Assembly (NCBI GenBank): GCA_977862235.1
Contig: OZ374558.1
Span: 3,038,001-3,102,000 of the forward strand
Length of the DNA stretch: 64,000 nucleotides
Direction of reading: 5' to 3'
Source of the DNA: Dudresnaya verticillata
Lineage: Eukaryota
Shown: piece by piece, positions 59,860 through 64,000 of the stretch
How the letters are laid out: every line of letters starts with the position of its first letter
Position numbering within the stretch: position 1 is the stretch's first letter
Notes under the pieces: model-generated
The model's input: the letters and a program-made list of their open reading frames with translations, nothing else
Database searches by the model: none
What the model was told of the DNA's origin: nothing
Program-made: the position numbers and the translations under genes

Positions 59860-60035
59860 CCACGTCGAGCACTGCGAGATACAGAGTACTGCGCACACAC
59901 ATGCGTCGAGCGCCATGTGGGCGGAATTGAACATACGCGTCGAGCACCGCGGAATACAGTGTACTGCGCAAACACACACGTCGAGCGCCGTGTGTGCGGC
60001 AATACGCGTGCGTGTCGAGCGCTGCGGAATACAAT
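59860..60035. repeat. Degenerate tandem repeat built on GTCGAGC
   Basis: Five GTCGAGC motifs at roughly 35-42 bp spacing, with recurring GCGGAATACA and GTACTGCGCA. Confidence 0.55.
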
Positions 60036-61461
60036 TCCCTGGGCGCAAAAAGACGCACCGAGCGCGATGCGTACTTGGTTGCGTGTCGAACACCGCGCGT
60101 GTGTGCGCGAACTGTTGTTGGGGTGGCCGGCGAGGTATTTGGCCGCCGGTCTGAGCGGCGGGTCAGCCCTGTAAGTTGCACTGTAAAGTTTATCCTAGTA
60201 CTAACCACAGGCAACCTGGAGGTGTGTGTCGTTGCTCCGAGATCACTCGGATACGCGAGATCTCGCCCAAGGCGCGACGGAGGTATTTCTACCACGTCCT
60301 TCACGAGGAAGAAGACCGGAGCAGAAGATTAGACAGAAGTTTACTGAGTAAAATGAGTTGGCACTGCCACCTAAGCTCGACAGCAAGGGCCTCTCCCTGA
60401 GCACTTCCTTTCCCTTTACCTTTATCCTCAGTAGCACCCCGCCGTTGGATCGTATCGACGGCGCTACTGGGAAGCGTCCTGCTTCGTTCCGACGACACGA
60501 GCAGTTACAATTTAGGCAGCACAGCCCGTCGCGCACGCCGAGCGCCACGCAGCAAGATCACGGCAGTGGCCGATCTCGTGCGAGAAAATCGGCGCAGAAA
60601 TTGCGAAGCCAATCGAGCGGTCCGTGCTCCTCGAGTGCCACGCGCGTGTGTCGGTCTGTCCATTTTGGAGCTCTTGTGAGGTGGACATAATGGATTGATG
60701 CACGCGCAATGGATAGATAAACAGCACTACAGTAGCGCTGCGCGAAAGCCCCTGGGTGGCAAAATAGGGCCTAAACCCTGATCTATTGGGCCCAGACCAC
60801 CCAGGAGGTGCCAGCGTTAGGCTAGTTCTCTTAGACAAACCTTCCTTTTAGTTCCAATTAAGCCCTGTTATGGGTAGTATCTGCGTTTAGCGCTACGCTT
60901 AGGGTACTGTAGCTGCGCTATACTTTTAGTACTAGCTGTATGTACTTAAGGTGATGTAGAGCCGACTAGCGAAACGAACCCGGTACCAGGAACAACAACC
61001 ACCACCACAGTAAAGTGAACATCCTTTCAGCGAAGCCGCCGCCGCAACCGCGCCGCCGACCGCTTCAGCGCAACATGCCCCGGCCCTATCGTGCGCCCAA
61101 CCCATCCGGGCAGCAGACTGCGCTGGACCGGGCCGATGATTAGCATAAAACCCCCATCTGTCCGCAACTGTGGACCTACAGGATCACTTCGTCGGATAGA
61201 CCCACCCGTCTCGACCGACAATCACGATTTAACGGCCGAGCCGTACCGCCGTAAGAAGTATAATCAAGGGCAATTCTTATTATATCTGTACTGTCTCTAG
61301 GAGCGAACGGTCCTGTTGACCATCGCTTCTAGAGGCGTCAAATTACGCCCCAACTGGGCCTAACAATCATTGCTGTAACAGTATGTACTACACAACTGCA
61401 TTGTCACTTTAAGAAAAGAGTCAAATTTATTAGAAAATCGAACCTTTTATAATTTCTTGCA

Positions 61462-62015
61462 GTGGCACGTCTCAAGCGCGCCGCAAACGACCCGGAGGTA
61501 ATTCGCGAGCGCTTGCAGCGCGAACGTGAGGCCCGGAGCCGCCGCCGCACGGCCCAACCATCCACTGTAGCTGCTTCTGATTCGTCTTGCGAATCCGCCG
61601 CGCACCACCTCATCGAAAAAGAAGCTCGAGGTTCAGATATTTCTGACAGTGCCTGCAGTTTGTCCCTCCCGCCCGTATCGCCGCCCGCCCGAACCGCCGC
61701 CTGCCACGCTCGCAGCGCTTTTTGGGCCACTTTGCAGCTGACGGCACCAGGCGCACCGCCGAATCGCGCATTAGGAGGGAGCACCGCGCACGCCGCCGCC
61801 GTACATATTACTGCCAGCCCTGCGGCTTGAAAATTTATACGATTGGAGAGCGTGCACAGCACCTTGCTGGAGCACCGCACCGCCGCGCATTACAGCGCCG
61901 TGCGGAACATGTACAGGGCCCGCGCTGCCAGGTGTCCGAGGTCAAGTTTTCTTCTCAGCATGACCTCCAGGGGCACTTACAGGGCACCCTCCACCGCCAA
62001 GACCTCAACGGCTAG
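61462..62015 (+). pseudogene. Fragment encoding two matrin/U1-type C2H2 zinc fingers
   Basis: YYCQPCGLKIYTIGERAQHLAGAPH (C-x2-C-x12-H-x5-H) and a degenerate RCQVSEVKFSSQHDLQGHLQGTLH; frameshift upstream. Confidence 0.6.
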
Positions 62016-62535
62016 GGATAATTGGTCTCCTGTACCGCCTTAGACAGTAATGATTACAGTAGAAAAAAGGAAATAGTAACCAAGAGACTTAAAATACCAG
62101 AAAAGGAGAAAAGGGGCCTTTAAGAAACAGACACATACACTCGAAAAAATGCATTAAGAAAAGGGATTAAAAAGGTGATTCGGAAAAGAGGGTTCAAAAG
62201 GGAAATAGAAAGAAAAATAGTACATTACAATATGATACCATGGTCACTTTGGCCTCTGTAAGAGGGACGCTAAACAGTTACATTTCCAGTACCCCGTTAC
62301 AACACGATATCAAGGCAGCAATCTTCGTACACGTGTTGGCCGACTCTCAGGCATTGCGGATGCGACTATAATCGTCGACTTCCTAGAGAACCTCCCAGAT
62401 GAGACCCTCTACTCGGAGGACGCTATCAGGGCTCCTGCTACCCTCTACCGGGTTATCAGAGACTAACTCACTGTAAAGGGCCTGACATACGAACAGCACC
62501 CTCAGAGTAATCGGGTTGCGCACGGTCTACCCTCT

Positions 62536-63824
62536 ATGCTTTACGCTACAGAGGCAGAGAGAACTAACGCTATCGCTCGGCTTGTGGCAGCAAACAGTCC
62601 CGGTGGCCAAAGCTCGCACCCAGGTGGAGCCCCGTCGCCTGCAAATGACACAGCCGCTGGAGTAACGCAAACACTGACTACTATCACGGATGAAAAGAAG
62701 CTTTCTCAGAACGTAGCTAACCACTTCAAGAAAGGTGATACGTCTATTGGAAGGCTTGGTGAGGACCTCTCCGAACACATCAACAACTATCTTGAAGCGG
62801 GCAGAGACTACGGGCTGGACAACTCACAGAAGCTACTATTCCTCTACAATAATTTCGATGGGGAAGCTAAACGATTCTATCGCGAGAAGCTAGCAGATCT
62901 CTGTGACACATTCTCAGCAACAGTCTGTATCATGCAAGAGGAGTTCAACAATACCACTCGGCAGAACCGTGTGCGTAAACATCTTCAGAGCCTAAGACTA
63001 ATCGCTATAGTTAAGGCGAAGAAATGTAGTAGTACGGAAGCATTTGAGGAACATTTTGAAACGCTCACCGAGTTCGCCCCCGAAGGACCTGGAACACACC
63101 GTTCGGAAAAGGAAAAGGTAGAATACCTCTATTAAACTGTCGTAGGAGCTACTTGGGCTAAGGTGTCTCTCTCCTATGGCCAAACAGCCAACCCTCCTTG
63201 GGATTTCCAACAGCTGTATGCCGCATAGGAACGCCGCCTGGCTTCAGGAGCAGGAAGAAGAAAAAGAGCGTAAGAAGGATAACTCTGGAAGCAAGATGGT
63301 ATTACGATCAAGCAATAAAGTACCCGGCCATTATTACCAAGGGCAAGGTACGTACGGAAGACAACGTAAGCCTGGTTCCAGATCCTCAGCCCAGCGGAAC
63401 TACCAGTCAGAGCACCGTACCAGTGTAAATGACGATAAGAATGGGACCGAAAAGTTCGGTAGACTACGTCACAACTGTGGGCGTTTAAACGATATTTTCA
63501 AGGGACTGTCGTAATGGGAGAAAACGCCTTCGAATTGTCGTTAAAATGGTTAAACAAGACCCCAAAGAAGCCGCACACGTTTTATTCGAGCTCTATGTCC
63601 AAATCGAAGACGTTCTTTTCCAAAATGATGATGAGGTCTTGCAGAAACTCTTGGCCGGGAAAGGCGGGAAACTAGAATCCAACGACTCCACCTCGCCTGA
63701 CTCTGAGAGCTCGGAATCAGATCACGTCTCCGAGGACCTCCATGAGCGCATTATGGAAGCTGAAAGAGAAGACTCGAACGACACCAAAGGTTTGACTGAA
63801 CTATTCGACCCGGAGGAGTTTTAG
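62536..63824 (+). pseudogene. gag: Decayed Copia-type gag of a second family
   Basis: GRLGEDLSEHI...YGL..SQK...FDGEAKRFY...RQ.RV...LQSLRL parallels the gag at 23951-24460; stops and frameshifts. Confidence 0.75.
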
Positions 63825-64000
63825 ACGAAGGCAGTTGTATACACCGTCGAAGTTTGCGACCGATAACGGCTAATAACCGTCAAGCTGGTCAATGTTTCGA
63901 AACTGTCCTCCGTAAGAAACGGTGCCGTAATAAAAGCCTCGCACTCGGTCTATAAAATCCCAGTTGAGAAGGAAGGAGCGATGGAAGCAGAGAAAAGAAA

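Noticed and set aside
60170..60510. Possible solo LTR (TGTAA...TTACA)
   Set aside because: No TSD, PBS, PPT or second copy found in the window

Overview
Eukaryotic, gene-poor window made almost entirely of nested transposable elements; the element repertoire resembles that of red-algal genomes, but that is inference only. Left to right: the 5' part of a Ty3/Gypsy element (minus, 1-3578) inserted into a piggyBac-like transposase; a decayed chromodomain Gypsy element (copy A, 4710-15606); a DIRS-group tyrosine-recombinase retroelement (16656-20828); a young full-length Copia element (22817-30027, TSD ATAAC); a foldback of an LTR-like repeat with telomere-like tracts; and a second chromodomain Gypsy copy (B, 31857-56393, TSD ATCAC). 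Copy B is interrupted by a 13,158-bp DNA transposon (33833-46990, ~1-kb TIRs, 4-bp TSD GTAA). This is the main candidate new system: it encodes a Sola-like DDE transposase and, divergently, an intact 1010-aa ParB-like/beta-class DNA amino-methyltransferase (DPPY) fusion, and the two proteins share a homologous ~95-aa domain. A second, decayed copy of the methyltransferase gene lies at 56.4-58.7 kb, split by a solo LTR. Other notable accessory features are an antisense Copia ORF whose N-terminus resembles the histone H3 tail, a 949-aa antisense ORF with a C-terminal NLS in the Gypsy family, and dense family-specific palindromic motifs (CCG-N3-CGG; GGCC) that run through coding sequence. No rRNA, tRNA, CRISPR array or intact host housekeeping gene was recognised. 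Single-base frameshifts may be real decay or assembly errors.
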